A stretch of 32,000 nucleotides of DNA, from positions 1,680-33,679 of the forward strand of contig JAIYCH010000092.1 in NCBI GenBank assembly GCA_027488135.1, written 5' to 3'. Both the position numbers and the translations under genes were made by a program. The notes under the pieces are model-generated. The model was not told where the DNA came from, searched no databases, and saw nothing but the letters and a program-made list of their open reading frames with translations. This DNA comes from Saprospiraceae bacterium. GTDB lineage: Bacteria > Bacteroidota > Bacteroidia > Chitinophagales > Saprospiraceae. Of the stretch, positions 6,872 through 16,059 are shown piece after piece (the stretch's first letter is position 1; each line of letters begins with the position of its first letter).

Positions 6872-8269
6872 TTAAAGGCCAAATTTATCCATTAAAAATA
6901 TAAAACTGGCCATGGAAGCCGAACCTAATTTTAATTCTCTGGGATTTACCGCTTCGAGGACATCAGTGGCCGTATGGTGATAATCGAAATACCTTTGTGA
7001 ATCAGGTTCAAAACCAACCAAAAATACGCCCTGAGGTTTTAATGGCCCAATATCCGCTCCAGAACCACCTGGTTTTAGAAATAAGCCATACGATTCCAAT
7101 AAAAAGAAGGACTCATTTAGCCTTTTTAACTGTTTTTCAAAATCAGGATTTGAACTTTCACAAGTAAATCCACGGGGGGTAAATCCACCTCTATCAGATT
7201 CTATCGCTGCAAAATGCTTTTCTCTTGCTAATAACGCTTGTGCTGCATATTCCCGTCCCCCGCGCAAGCCATTTTCTTCATTCATAAATAATACACATCG
7301 GATGGTTCTTTTAGGTTTGTAACCTATTTTCTTAAAAAGATGTAAAACCTCCATAGACTGAACGCAACCGGTACCATCGTCATGCGCTCCCTCACCGACG
7401 TCCCATGAATCGAGGTGTCCGCTAACTACAATGACCTGATCTGGATATTCTGACCCTTTTATTTCCCCAATAACATTATAGGATAATTTTTCGGAGAGCA
7501 TGCGACTTGTATTTCTGATATAGACATTAACGCTTTCTTTTTTGAGTAAATCACTTAAAATTTCAGCATCTAAGGTACTGATACCCAAGGCTGGAATTTG
7601 TGGAATACCCGGTTGGTAACTCATTCCGCCTGTATGAGGATGAGCGTCAAGCTGGTTAGTTAAAGAACGCACTAAAACGGCAGCTGCTCCATATTTTGCT
7701 GCTCTGGCTGCACCTGAACCCCGTTGATCTGCAGCTGAACCATAAGCATTAAAAGTATTAAGCGGTCTTGGATCCATCGGTCTGTTAAAAAAGACAATTT
7801 TATTGGCAATTTGGCTGCTTCCTAATTGGTCTAACTCATCCAGACTCTTCACTTCCAGCACTTCAGCAAGGAGTCCTGCCGGACCAGTTCCAATGGAATT
7901 TCCTAACGAAAGGGCACGTAAAGTAATGTCACCTTGACTTTTTGACCCTACGATACGAACGACCTCTTTCTCTCCTCTGTCCCAGTGAGGAACCATAACA
8001 GGTTGAAGCCAAACACTATCTAAAGAAAGCGTATCCAGTATTTGTCTCGTATAATTTACAGCGGCTGCGGCCTGAGGGCTACCACTTATGCGGGCACCGA
8101 TTTTTTTACAAAGGAAGGTCAACCATTCATACGAAACATCACTTGTCAAAGCTTCGTCATATATTTTCCGGATAAAAAAAGCGTCTTCATTATTTGCTTT
8201 TGGTGCCTGAGCATTTAGCCCCAAAAAGGAAATAATTAAAAATAAAAATAGTGTCCCTATTTTTTTCAT
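6872..8269 (-). CDS. Secreted M28-family metallopeptidase (aminopeptidase-like)
   Basis: N-terminal signal peptide MKKIGTLFLFLIISFLGLNAQA, plus a Zn-ligand context (SGHLDSWDVGEGAHDDGTG and FMNEENGLRG) typical of M28. Confidence 0.8.
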   Translation of the reverse strand: MKKIGTLFLFLIISFLGLNAQAPKANNEDAFFIRKIYDEALTSDVSYEWLTFLCKKIGARISGSPQAAAAVNYTRQILDTLSLDSVWLQPVMVPHWDRGEKEVVRIVGSKSQGDITLRALSLGNSIGTGPAGLLAEVLEVKSLDELDQLGSSQIANKIVFFNRPMDPRPLNTFNAYGSAADQRGSGAARAAKYGAAAVLVRSLTNQLDAHPHTGGMSYQPGIPQIPALGISTLDAEILSDLLKKESVNVYIRNTSRMLSEKLSYNVIGEIKGSEYPDQVIVVSGHLDSWDVGEGAHDDGTGCVQSMEVLHLFKKIGYKPKRTIRCVLFMNEENGLRGGREYAAQALLAREKHFAAIESDRGGFTPRGFTCESSNPDFEKQLKRLNESFFLLESYGLFLKPGGSGADIGPLKPQGVFLVGFEPDSQRYFDYHHTATDVLEAVNPRELKLGSASMASFIFLMDKFGL

Positions 8270-8574
8270 AATCTATCGTTTTAATGTCTAAATTAAAAAA
8301 TAAAAAGTTTTTACTTTTTATGATAAAAAAAATAATTTCTTAGTTCCTTCAATATAAAAATTTTAATTTGGAAAAAAAGGTATTTAAAAACAATTCTATG
8401 GTAATCCCATTTTGAAAAAATCGTCCCTATTCTTTTGTCCTTAATAAAATTTGTAAAAATTCAATCAAATTACTATTTTTATGAAATATTTTGAAAATTA
8501 ACATTATTTATTTGCTACTATCACAATGAGCAATAAAATAATTTAAAATAATTTGGTTTTATTTGGTTAGGGCG

Positions 8575-8612
8575 GAGGTAGTGCATTTTTTTTAGCGCTG
8601 CCTCTTTTTTTT
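8575..8612 (+). terminator. Terminator-like hairpin plus T8, plus-strand orientation, with no upstream plus-strand ORF
   Basis: gaggtagtgc (8575-8584) pairs with gcgctgcctc (8595-8604) over 10 bp, including two G-U pairs. The loop is 10 nt and is followed by tttttttt (8605-8612). On the minus strand the two wobble pairs become C-A mismatches and no T-tract follows. Confidence 0.35.
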
Positions 8613-8724
8613 GAAAAAAAATACAAATACTAAGTAAGTTTAATATATATTTACGTCATCAAGAATTGCTCCCGTTTTCAGCATAAAAAATTTTATAGAT
8701 TACCCTTTACACTGTTGAACACGG

Positions 8725-8751
8725 GGAGATAGTATTACTATCTCCTTTTTT
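8725..8751. terminator. Perfect palindromic hairpin overlapping the stop codon of the minus-strand lipoprotein gene; T6 tract only on the plus strand
   Basis: ggagatagta (8725-8734) and tactatctcc (8736-8745) are exact reverse complements, followed by tttttt (8746-8751). On the minus strand the hairpin sits at the gene end but is followed by ccgtgttcaac. Confidence 0.4.
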
Positions 8752-9295
8752 GTTTAAAAAAGCCTTCTACCATTATTTCGTCTTTATTTCCCATAAAATA
8801 CTGCTCATTCTTTATAACATATCCATTTTTAGGCCTGTATATAAGGTGTTGAACATTTTTAGTAATTGGACTACCGTTAAACAATCTGATGTCAATAAAT
8901 ACCACTTTATTTTGATTATCCACTTGAACACCTAACTTTCTGGTTGTCATTTTTTCATCATTAGCTGTATAGGTAATTTTATATAACTTACCTGAACTGA
9001 AAATGGAATCCACCCTATATTTATCAGAAAGCGCCGGCCTATTAATGTCAGCTTTTATAAATACATCCAGCTCTGATGCAAAATTTGGCTGCACTATATA
9101 TAAGGTATCCGTTTCTCCGTTCAACGATAAAATTTTAGTTAAAGATATATTATCATTTACCATCCATTTTTTCTCCTCTTCCATAAAATCTATCATAGAA
9201 AAAAAAGAAGAAGGTAGTTGGCTGTTCACTTCTCCCTTTTGGGAGCATGAAAAAACAAGCGTAAAAAGGAAGGAAATAAGGATTGAGCGAAACAT
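8738..9295 (-). CDS. Lipoprotein of unknown function
   Basis: The internal Met at 9295 gives MFRSILISFLFTLVFSCSQKGE, a signal peptide with a lipobox Cys. The 17-codon upstream extension in the track looks spurious. I recognise no family motif. Confidence 0.6.
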   Translation of the reverse strand: MFRSILISFLFTLVFSCSQKGEVNSQLPSSFFSMIDFMEEEKKWMVNDNISLTKILSLNGETDTLYIVQPNFASELDVFIKADINRPALSDKYRVDSIFSSGKLYKITYTANDEKMTTRKLGVQVDNQNKVVFIDIRLFNGSPITKNVQHLIYRPKNGYVIKNEQYFMGNKDEIMVEGFFKQKRR

Positions 9296-9438
9296 TTTTT
9301 TAACAAATATAGGTAAGTCCATCGGGGATGCAAGGACAAAATACATTTATCTATCTAAGGAATGACCCTATTTATCTAATTTAAGTGCGGTACCAACCTC
9401 CTTATTATTATATTGCGTTCGAATTAATTAGTAAATAA

Positions 9439-10680
9439 ATGAATCTACTTGAAAATATTCGTTTAGCCCTCCGGTCTATCCGAGCAAATTTATTGCGTGC
9501 TATTTTAACCTTGATGATTATCGCTTTTGGCATCATGGCTTTAGTAGGTATTTTAACAGCTATTGACAGCACCATTTATTCGTTGAACGATAGTTTTTCA
9601 GATCTTGGTGCCAATGTTTTTGAAATTGACCCGCTATCATCTGACGGAGCAAGAGGAAGAAGAGGGGGTTTTGTTGAAAAAAGAGGTAAAATTTTTACTT
9701 ACAGAGAAGCCGTTGATTTTAAAGAGCGTTTTATCTTCCCTGCGGAAACCTCTATTTCTTTTAACTGCACAGGCAGTGCTGCCGTAGGTTTTGGTGAAAC
9801 TAAAACCAATCCCAACGTAGCTATTTATGCCGTAAATGAAAATTATCTGGAGGCAAAAGGATTTGAAGTTGCCGTAGGTCGAAATTTTTCAGCATCAGAA
9901 GCATTGGACGGTTTACCCATTGGAGTCATTGGCGCTGATATCGTGAACCTACTTTTCGACGGGAAACCAGAAAAAGCCTATAATCAACTCATTTCTATAG
10001 GAAAACTGAAAATAAAAGTAATAGGTATTCTGGCATCTAAAGGTTCTGCCATGGGTGGGAATGAAGACCGTCGAGTGATTATTCCTTTAGCAACAGGTAA
10101 AAAATATTACGCTAATGCCAATTCAAATTATAAAATTTTAGTGGCTGTTAATGAACCTACTCAAATCGACTATGGTATTGCCGTTGCCACAGGTTTATTA
10201 AGGAATATAAGAAAACTTCGCACCTGGGATGATAATGATTTTGAGATTCAAAGAAGCGACAGTTTAATTGATGTAATTAAAGAAAATACCCTTTATTTGA
10301 GATTGGCCGCTGTGGTCATTGGGGTAATCACCCTTCTTGGTGCTGCCATTGGCCTCATGAATATCATGTTGGTTTCAGTTACAGAACGTACCCGGGAAGT
10401 TGGTATTTCAAAAGCTTTAGGAGCAACCAAACGGGTCATTCTCATCCAATTTTTGACAGAAGCCATATTTATCAGTTTAATGGGTGGCATTGTGGGTATT
10501 ATTTTCGGTGTGCTCATTGGAAATAGCGTTACTTTTTTAATGGGTGGAAGTTTTTTAATTCCCTGGCTTTGGATTGGTGTGGCAGTCTTTACCTGTACGT
10601 TAGTTGGTTTATTCTCAGGCTTATATCCCGCTATGAAGGCAGCAGAATTAGATCCGATAGAATCTCTTCGTTATGAATAA
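9439..10680 (+). CDS. ABC transporter permease, MacB/FtsX-like (periplasmic core domain plus FtsX 4-TM domain)
   Basis: The N-terminus [37 protein letters not shown] and the C-terminal block [27 protein letters not shown] ... [18 protein letters not shown] are typical of MacB/LolE-type permeases. No ATPase gene is adjacent. Confidence 0.85.
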   Translation: MNLLENIRLALRSIRANLLRAILTLMIIAFGIMALVGILTAIDSTIYSLNDSFSDLGANVFEIDPLSSDGARGRRGGFVEKRGKIFTYREAVDFKERFIFPAETSISFNCTGSAAVGFGETKTNPNVAIYAVNENYLEAKGFEVAVGRNFSASEALDGLPIGVIGADIVNLLFDGKPEKAYNQLISIGKLKIKVIGILASKGSAMGGNEDRRVIIPLATGKKYYANANSNYKILVAVNEPTQIDYGIAVATGLLRNIRKLRTWDDNDFEIQRSDSLIDVIKENTLYLRLAAVVIGVITLLGAAIGLMNIMLVSVTERTREVGISKALGATKRVILIQFLTEAIFISLMGGIVGIIFGVLIGNSVTFLMGGSFLIPWLWIGVAVFTCTLVGLFSGLYPAMKAAELDPIESLRYE

Positions 10681-10705
10681 CCGGCCAATGCTGGTTTATT
10701 AAAAC

Positions 10706-12181
10706 ATGGAGCATTCAAAAAAATTACACCGTGATTTTCAGGGGAATATCCTTTTGGTCCTTTTCCTGAATGCCGTCATCAAACCTTTATATTTGTTGGG
10801 TATCGACCGGGGCGTTCAAAATATACTCCCCCCCGAAGAGTACGGTGTATATTTTACCCTATTTAATCTTTCCTTTATTTTTCAAATTTTATCGGACTTT
10901 GGCTTGCAGTCTTGGTTAACCAGAACTTGCGCGCTAAATACACAGGAAGCCAGGGAGCAATACCCCAATTTCTTATCCTTAAAAGCTATTTTATCTCTAC
11001 TTTATATCACTTTAACCAGCCTCGTCGCCTTTTTTCTTGACTTTTGGTCTAAATACCCCCTTTTTCTGACCGTCATTTTGCTTTTTCAATTAAGCAGCTC
11101 CTTTTTATTGTTTCTGAGAGCTACTCTATCCGGCCTGGGATTTTACCGCTTAGACAGTATTTTATCTATTACTGACAAAAGCTTGAGTATCCTCGTAATG
11201 GGAGCATTTTTATGTATTCCCTCCTTACATTCAAAAATAACCATTGTACTTTTTACATCGGTTCAACTACTCTCTATTCTTCTAACCATAAGTATAGCCC
11301 TATTTATTTTATATAAAAATGCCTTCTCATTCAAGCTCCATTTTGATGTATCCAAACTAACATTATTACTCAAAGAGGGATTACCTTACGCAATTTTGGT
11401 ATTATTAATGAGCATCAGTTCAAGAATTGATACCTTAATCATACCCTTTTTTTCATCGGATAAATTTAGTAGTTCCGCTGTTTACGCTGGAAGTTTCAGA
11501 ATATTAGAAGCCGTAAATATCATCGGTTATTTATTTGCAGGATTATTATTGCCGCTATTTTCAAAAAGCATTCACCAAAAGGAAACCACCGCAAATTTAG
11601 CCAATATAGCCATTCGCTTACTTTGGACAATCACCCTGCCACTCGCCATTGGTTTTTCTATTTTTTCAGAGGGAATCATTCTTATTTTATATAAAAATGC
11701 AACGCCTGAAATGGTACATACCTTTTCAATACTCATATTAGCTCTTATTCCGATGAGTGGAAATTATATTTACGGTACATTGTTAACCGCTTCAGGCAGC
11801 CTTTGGTCAATGAATCGTATCTTTGTTTTAATTTTAGGATTTAATTTAGTGCTAATTTTTGTTCTTTTACCATTGCTTTCTATTCCAGGCGTAGCATTAG
11901 CGTCATTGATAACACAATCATTGGCACTTATTCTGCAAATAAATCTGTGTATAAAAAAACAACTGGTAAAACGGTCTTTGTCTTTAATTCTTAGCATTTT
12001 AATTTTTTCTTTTTTAACTATGTTGTTTATTTATTTAATTAAATCATACCTGCCTTTCAAGCCTTCTAATTTACCATTCATCCTTTTAAGTGGTTTATTA
12101 TCTACAGGAATAGCTATGATATCAACAGGAATGATTAAAAAAAATGAATGGACTCATTTATTTAGTGAAACCATCAGATAA
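10706..12181 (+). CDS. Polysaccharide/oligosaccharide flippase (Wzx-like, MOP superfamily)
   Basis: 491 aa and hydrophobic along the whole length, with many predicted TM segments. It sits directly upstream of Wzz-like and Wzy_C-like genes. The call rests on architecture and context. Confidence 0.7.
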   Translation: MEHSKKLHRDFQGNILLVLFLNAVIKPLYLLGIDRGVQNILPPEEYGVYFTLFNLSFIFQILSDFGLQSWLTRTCALNTQEAREQYPNFLSLKAILSLLYITLTSLVAFFLDFWSKYPLFLTVILLFQLSSSFLLFLRATLSGLGFYRLDSILSITDKSLSILVMGAFLCIPSLHSKITIVLFTSVQLLSILLTISIALFILYKNAFSFKLHFDVSKLTLLLKEGLPYAILVLLMSISSRIDTLIIPFFSSDKFSSSAVYAGSFRILEAVNIIGYLFAGLLLPLFSKSIHQKETTANLANIAIRLLWTITLPLAIGFSIFSEGIILILYKNATPEMVHTFSILILALIPMSGNYIYGTLLTASGSLWSMNRIFVLILGFNLVLIFVLLPLLSIPGVALASLITQSLALILQINLCIKKQLVKRSLSLILSILIFSFLTMLFIYLIKSYLPFKPSNLPFILLSGLLSTGIAMISTGMIKKNEWTHLFSETIR

Positions 12182-12184
12182 TTT

Positions 12185-13288
12185 ATGGAACCCAAACCGA
12201 CGAACTTATTAAGCTTAATTACCATATTATTTCGATGGAGAAAGCCTGTCTTTCTTATTACCCTGTTTTCAGGATTACTCACTGTGGTGGTAACCTTATT
12301 TATGCCTGATTTCTACGCTGCTGAAGCAAAATTTCTGGCCATAAGTCCGGAACAATCCAGACCAGAGAATCTATTTGGAGGCTCTGAACAAATACGATAT
12401 TATGGGGGTGAGGAAGATATAGACCGCTTATTAATTATCGCAGAATCTAACGTCATCATAGACGAAATGGTTGATTCTTTTCAACTCTACAAGAATTATA
12501 AGATAAATCCAGCCTCACCAAAAGCCCACTTTAAAGTACGAAAAAAATTCTCCTCCTATTATACCGTAGAGAAAACAGATCGGGATGCAATCTCTTTAAT
12601 TATTGAAGATAAAAAACCTGAATTAGCAGCACAAATGGTACAATATGCGGGATTCCTCATTGACGAGAAAGCTAAAAAACTGATTAAAGACGGCTACTCA
12701 AAAATGATATATTCCTTAAATACTGACATCGCAGAAAAACAACTGGAAATCAAAATTTTAAGTGATAGCCTAAGCAAAACGCGAAAGAAATTTAATCTTT
12801 TTAACACTAAAACGCAGTCCGAAATTATTTCCGAGCAATTTGATGTGGTAAAAAGTGAATATATCCGATCGAATGCAAGACTGAATAATTTAAAAACGGG
12901 CGGTAATATACCCAAAGATACCATTCAATACTTAGAAGCTGAAGCAGAGGGCTTAAAAGCTGAATTGGATACCATAGAACGACGGGTAACCATGCTTAAT
13001 GAAGGTCAACTTACACTTAACGAATTAGAGGTGCGATATTATTCCTACATAGAACAAATATCACAGGAAAAACAACGATTAAAACTACTTTATTCGGCAC
13101 AGAATGCCAATATTCCCGCCTTACTTGAAATGGAAACGGCTGAAATACCTTTGATGAAAAGCAGACCAAAACGTTCCTTCATCGTTCTTGGCGCAGTACT
13201 GGGAGCATTCCTTCTAAGTATTTTCGTAGTGATAATACTGGACAGATATAAAGAAATTAACTGGAAGGAAGTATTACATGATAAATAG
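12185..13288 (+). CDS. Polysaccharide chain-length determinant (Wzz/PCP-family) protein
   Basis: An N-terminal TM segment followed by FYAAEAKFL, a long coiled-coil-like charged middle region, and a C-terminal SRPKRSFIVLGAVLGAFLLSIFVVIIL TM segment. This is the classic PCP topology. Confidence 0.7.
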   Translation: MEPKPTNLLSLITILFRWRKPVFLITLFSGLLTVVVTLFMPDFYAAEAKFLAISPEQSRPENLFGGSEQIRYYGGEEDIDRLLIIAESNVIIDEMVDSFQLYKNYKINPASPKAHFKVRKKFSSYYTVEKTDRDAISLIIEDKKPELAAQMVQYAGFLIDEKAKKLIKDGYSKMIYSLNTDIAEKQLEIKILSDSLSKTRKKFNLFNTKTQSEIISEQFDVVKSEYIRSNARLNNLKTGGNIPKDTIQYLEAEAEGLKAELDTIERRVTMLNEGQLTLNELEVRYYSYIEQISQEKQRLKLLYSAQNANIPALLEMETAEIPLMKSRPKRSFIVLGAVLGAFLLSIFVVIILDRYKEINWKEVLHDK

Positions 13289-14732
13289 AGGGTTAGCCAT
13301 TTTTCACGAAAAAATAAGTGTTTCCCAGCGTAATTTATTTATTTGCTTTGCTCTTATTTTTAATATAGCCTGGTTTATTTCTCTGTTAGAAAACCAATGG
13401 CTTTGGTTGTTACTCATCCCCGCTAGTCTAATTATCTGGTTTAGCATCATTGATTTTAAGCTAATTTTCTTTCTCCTCTTATTTTTTATACCACTTTCCA
13501 CCGAAATTACTTTTGACAATGGCCTGGGAACTGACCTACCTACAGAGCCCCTTATCATAGGATTAATGGGCATTGGTTTGCTATATTTTCTGATACATTT
13601 TAAAAAAATAGGAAGTAACTTCCTTACTCATCCCATAACCCTGCTTATTTATTTACACCTTTTCTGGACCTTTTTCACCAGTCTAACTTCCTATTCTATT
13701 TTAATTTCCTTAAAGTTTCTATTGGCAAAAATCTGGTACGTGTGTACTTTTTATTTTATGGCAGGGTACCTTCTAAGGACAGAAAAGAGCATTAAACTAA
13801 TGTTTTGGGTAGTACTCATACCGATGATTTTAAGCGTAATAGTCATTTGGTACAGACATGCTTCTTATGGATTTTCATTTGGTGACATTCATCGCGTGCT
13901 GCATCCGTTTCAAAGAAATCATGTAAATTATGCTGCATTACTCGCTTTATTATTCCCATGGATTTTCCTGATGCGCTTTGAGTACCTGAAAGGAAGCTTC
14001 GAAAGATTGTTCTTGACGATTCTTTTACCTATCTGGCTTGTAGCTATTTACCTGAGTTTCACCAGAGCTGCTTACGGTGCCATTTTAATTTCTGCCATTG
14101 CAGGTCTCTTAATATGGTGGAGAAGTCTAATACCTTTTGTTTATGCAGGTATTTTAGTAGTTATCATTGGCATTTTCTGGCTTACAAACAATAATAAATA
14201 CTTAGCTTTTGCGCCAAATTACGATCGGACAATTTCACATACAGAATTTGATAATTTACTGGAAGCAACGGTTAAATTAGAGGATATAAGCACTATGGAG
14301 CGATTATATCGCTGGGTTGCCGGCGCGCACATGTCCGTAAAAGAACCTGTTGTTGGCTTTGGTCCTGGTAGTTTTGTTCAGCACTATAAAGCCTATACAG
14401 TAAAAGGGTTTCGTACTTATGTCAGCAATAATGAAGAAAAATCAGGCATTCACAGTTACTTTTTAATGATCCTCGTAGAACAAGGATTTCCGGGACTTAT
14501 CATTTTCAGCCTCTTAATATTAGCTATCTTAAAAACCGGACAGCGAGTGATAAAAGACCCAAGGTCTCGTCACCAATCCTGGATTCCACTGGCTACAATA
14601 ACCAGTTTTATCGTAATTCTTACTTTTTTGACTATTAATGACCTGGTCGAGACTGACAAAATTGGTTCTTTTTTTTTCCTGTTCATTGCCATTTTGGTTA
14701 ATACCGATATTCATTTTTGGGAAAAAAAATAA
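13278..14732 (+). CDS. O-antigen ligase/polymerase family membrane protein (Wzy_C-type)
   Basis: Polytopic membrane protein with an SFTRAAYGAILIS block and a large loop (residues ~310-390) typical of Wzy_C/WaaL proteins. The start overlaps the Wzz-like stop by 11 nt. Confidence 0.75.
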   Translation: MINRGLAIFHEKISVSQRNLFICFALIFNIAWFISLLENQWLWLLLIPASLIIWFSIIDFKLIFFLLLFFIPLSTEITFDNGLGTDLPTEPLIIGLMGIGLLYFLIHFKKIGSNFLTHPITLLIYLHLFWTFFTSLTSYSILISLKFLLAKIWYVCTFYFMAGYLLRTEKSIKLMFWVVLIPMILSVIVIWYRHASYGFSFGDIHRVLHPFQRNHVNYAALLALLFPWIFLMRFEYLKGSFERLFLTILLPIWLVAIYLSFTRAAYGAILISAIAGLLIWWRSLIPFVYAGILVVIIGIFWLTNNNKYLAFAPNYDRTISHTEFDNLLEATVKLEDISTMERLYRWVAGAHMSVKEPVVGFGPGSFVQHYKAYTVKGFRTYVSNNEEKSGIHSYFLMILVEQGFPGLIIFSLLILAILKTGQRVIKDPRSRHQSWIPLATITSFIVILTFLTINDLVETDKIGSFFFLFIAILVNTDIHFWEKK

Positions 14733-15073
14733 CCAAGTAAGAGCGCAAGAAACCCAAGTGCGAGACTTAAAAAAGAATAGACAAGGGCTACGCCAATATT
14801 TCCAATACGTATGGCTTGCCAATTTTCCAGCATAAAGGTCGAGAAAGTACTAAATCCACCACAAAATCCGGTGGCTAAAATCAAATAAGAACTATCTGAC
14901 AAATTCGCACGCATTTTTAGTCCGGCAAGATAACCGAGAATAAAGCAGCTCAGGATATTAGCAGATAAGGTAGGAATTGAGAAATTTGAAGCATTGGGCA
15001 AATAATATTGAAACCCAAATCGTGCTAAACTTCCGAGGCCTCCACCCAAAAAAACGAACCAAATTTTCACCAT
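14711..15073 (-). CDS. crcB: Fluoride ion channel CrcB/FEX
   Basis: 120 aa with motifs GGGLGSLARF and GFCGGFSTFSTF. Its 3' end overlaps the convergent Wzy_C-type gene by 22 nt. Confidence 0.9.
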   Translation of the reverse strand: MVKIWFVFLGGGLGSLARFGFQYYLPNASNFSIPTLSANILSCFILGYLAGLKMRANLSDSSYLILATGFCGGFSTFSTFMLENWQAIRIGNIGVALVYSFLSLALGFLALLLGYFFSQK

Positions 15074-15257
15074 AATTTAAGTTAATTTGAAAACATTCTG
15101 CTAAAATGAACTATTTTTTCACTCTTTTAGCCCCTTTTTCAACATTTTTTATACTAAAATCAAAGGTAAAGAGAATGAAATCAAGGGGGTAAAATTTCTT
15201 TTATTATCTTTGTCCACTGTTTTAATAAAAAACAGATTAGAAAACTCATTTTTCCCA

Positions 15258-16028
15258 ATGACGGATTTAAAATCGCAAATTATTCCAGCAAAATTGCCAA
15301 AACATGTTGCTATCATTATGGACGGTAATGGTCGCTGGGCACAAAGTCAGGGTAAGGCCAGGATTTTCGGTCATACCTCTGCGATACAGGCAGTTAGGGA
15401 AGTAACCGAAGGGGCTGCAGAAATAGGCGTTGAATACCTGACTCTTTATGCTTTTTCTACAGAAAACTGGGCCAGACCAAAATTCGAGGTCAATGCTTTA
15501 ATGAATTTATTGGTTGAAACACTTAGTCGCGAACTCGATACGCTTCACAAAAATAATATACGATTACAAGCCATAGGAGATATAGATGGGCTTCCTGAAT
15601 ATACCAAAAAAGCGCTATTGGCCGGTATTGAAAAAACAAAGGATTATACCAGAATGACACTCATTCTAGCTTTGAACTATAGTGCTAAATGGGAAATACT
15701 GGAAGCTACAAAAATGATTGCCACCGAAGTTAAAAATGGGTTGCTTTCCCCGGACGAAATTGATGAAAATGTTTTTCAGCAAGCGCTTTGTACCCACGGT
15801 ATCCCCGATCCTGAACTATTGATAAGGACGAGTGGCGAATACCGCCTAAGTAATTTCCTCCTTTGGCAAATTGCTTACGCCGAATTGTACTTTTCGCCTT
15901 TATTCTGGCCTGATTTCCGAAAAAATGATCTTTTTAACGCTATTTTGGAATTTCAAAAAAGAGAAAGGCGCTTCGGTCTAACCAGTGAACAACAGGCTTT
16001 AAATAACTCCCCCATACAACCACATTAA
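15258..16028 (+). CDS. uppS: Di-trans,poly-cis-undecaprenyl-diphosphate synthase
   Basis: Motifs HVAIIMDGNGRWA, LYAFSTENWARP and IRTSGEYRLSNFLLWQIAYAELYF. I place the start at the ATG at 15258 (MTDLKS), not at the TTG at 15210. Confidence 0.9.
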   Translation: MTDLKSQIIPAKLPKHVAIIMDGNGRWAQSQGKARIFGHTSAIQAVREVTEGAAEIGVEYLTLYAFSTENWARPKFEVNALMNLLVETLSRELDTLHKNNIRLQAIGDIDGLPEYTKKALLAGIEKTKDYTRMTLILALNYSAKWEILEATKMIATEVKNGLLSPDEIDENVFQQALCTHGIPDPELLIRTSGEYRLSNFLLWQIAYAELYFSPLFWPDFRKNDLFNAILEFQKRERRFGLTSEQQALNNSPIQPH

Positions 16029-16059
16029 CCCCTTTTTTCTCTTTGATTGATATATTAAA

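Noticed and set aside
15074-15209. Fluoride (crcB-motif) riboswitch upstream of crcB
   Set aside because: Reading the minus strand, I could not find the conserved core of the motif or a convincing pseudoknotted fold. The region is simply AT-rich.
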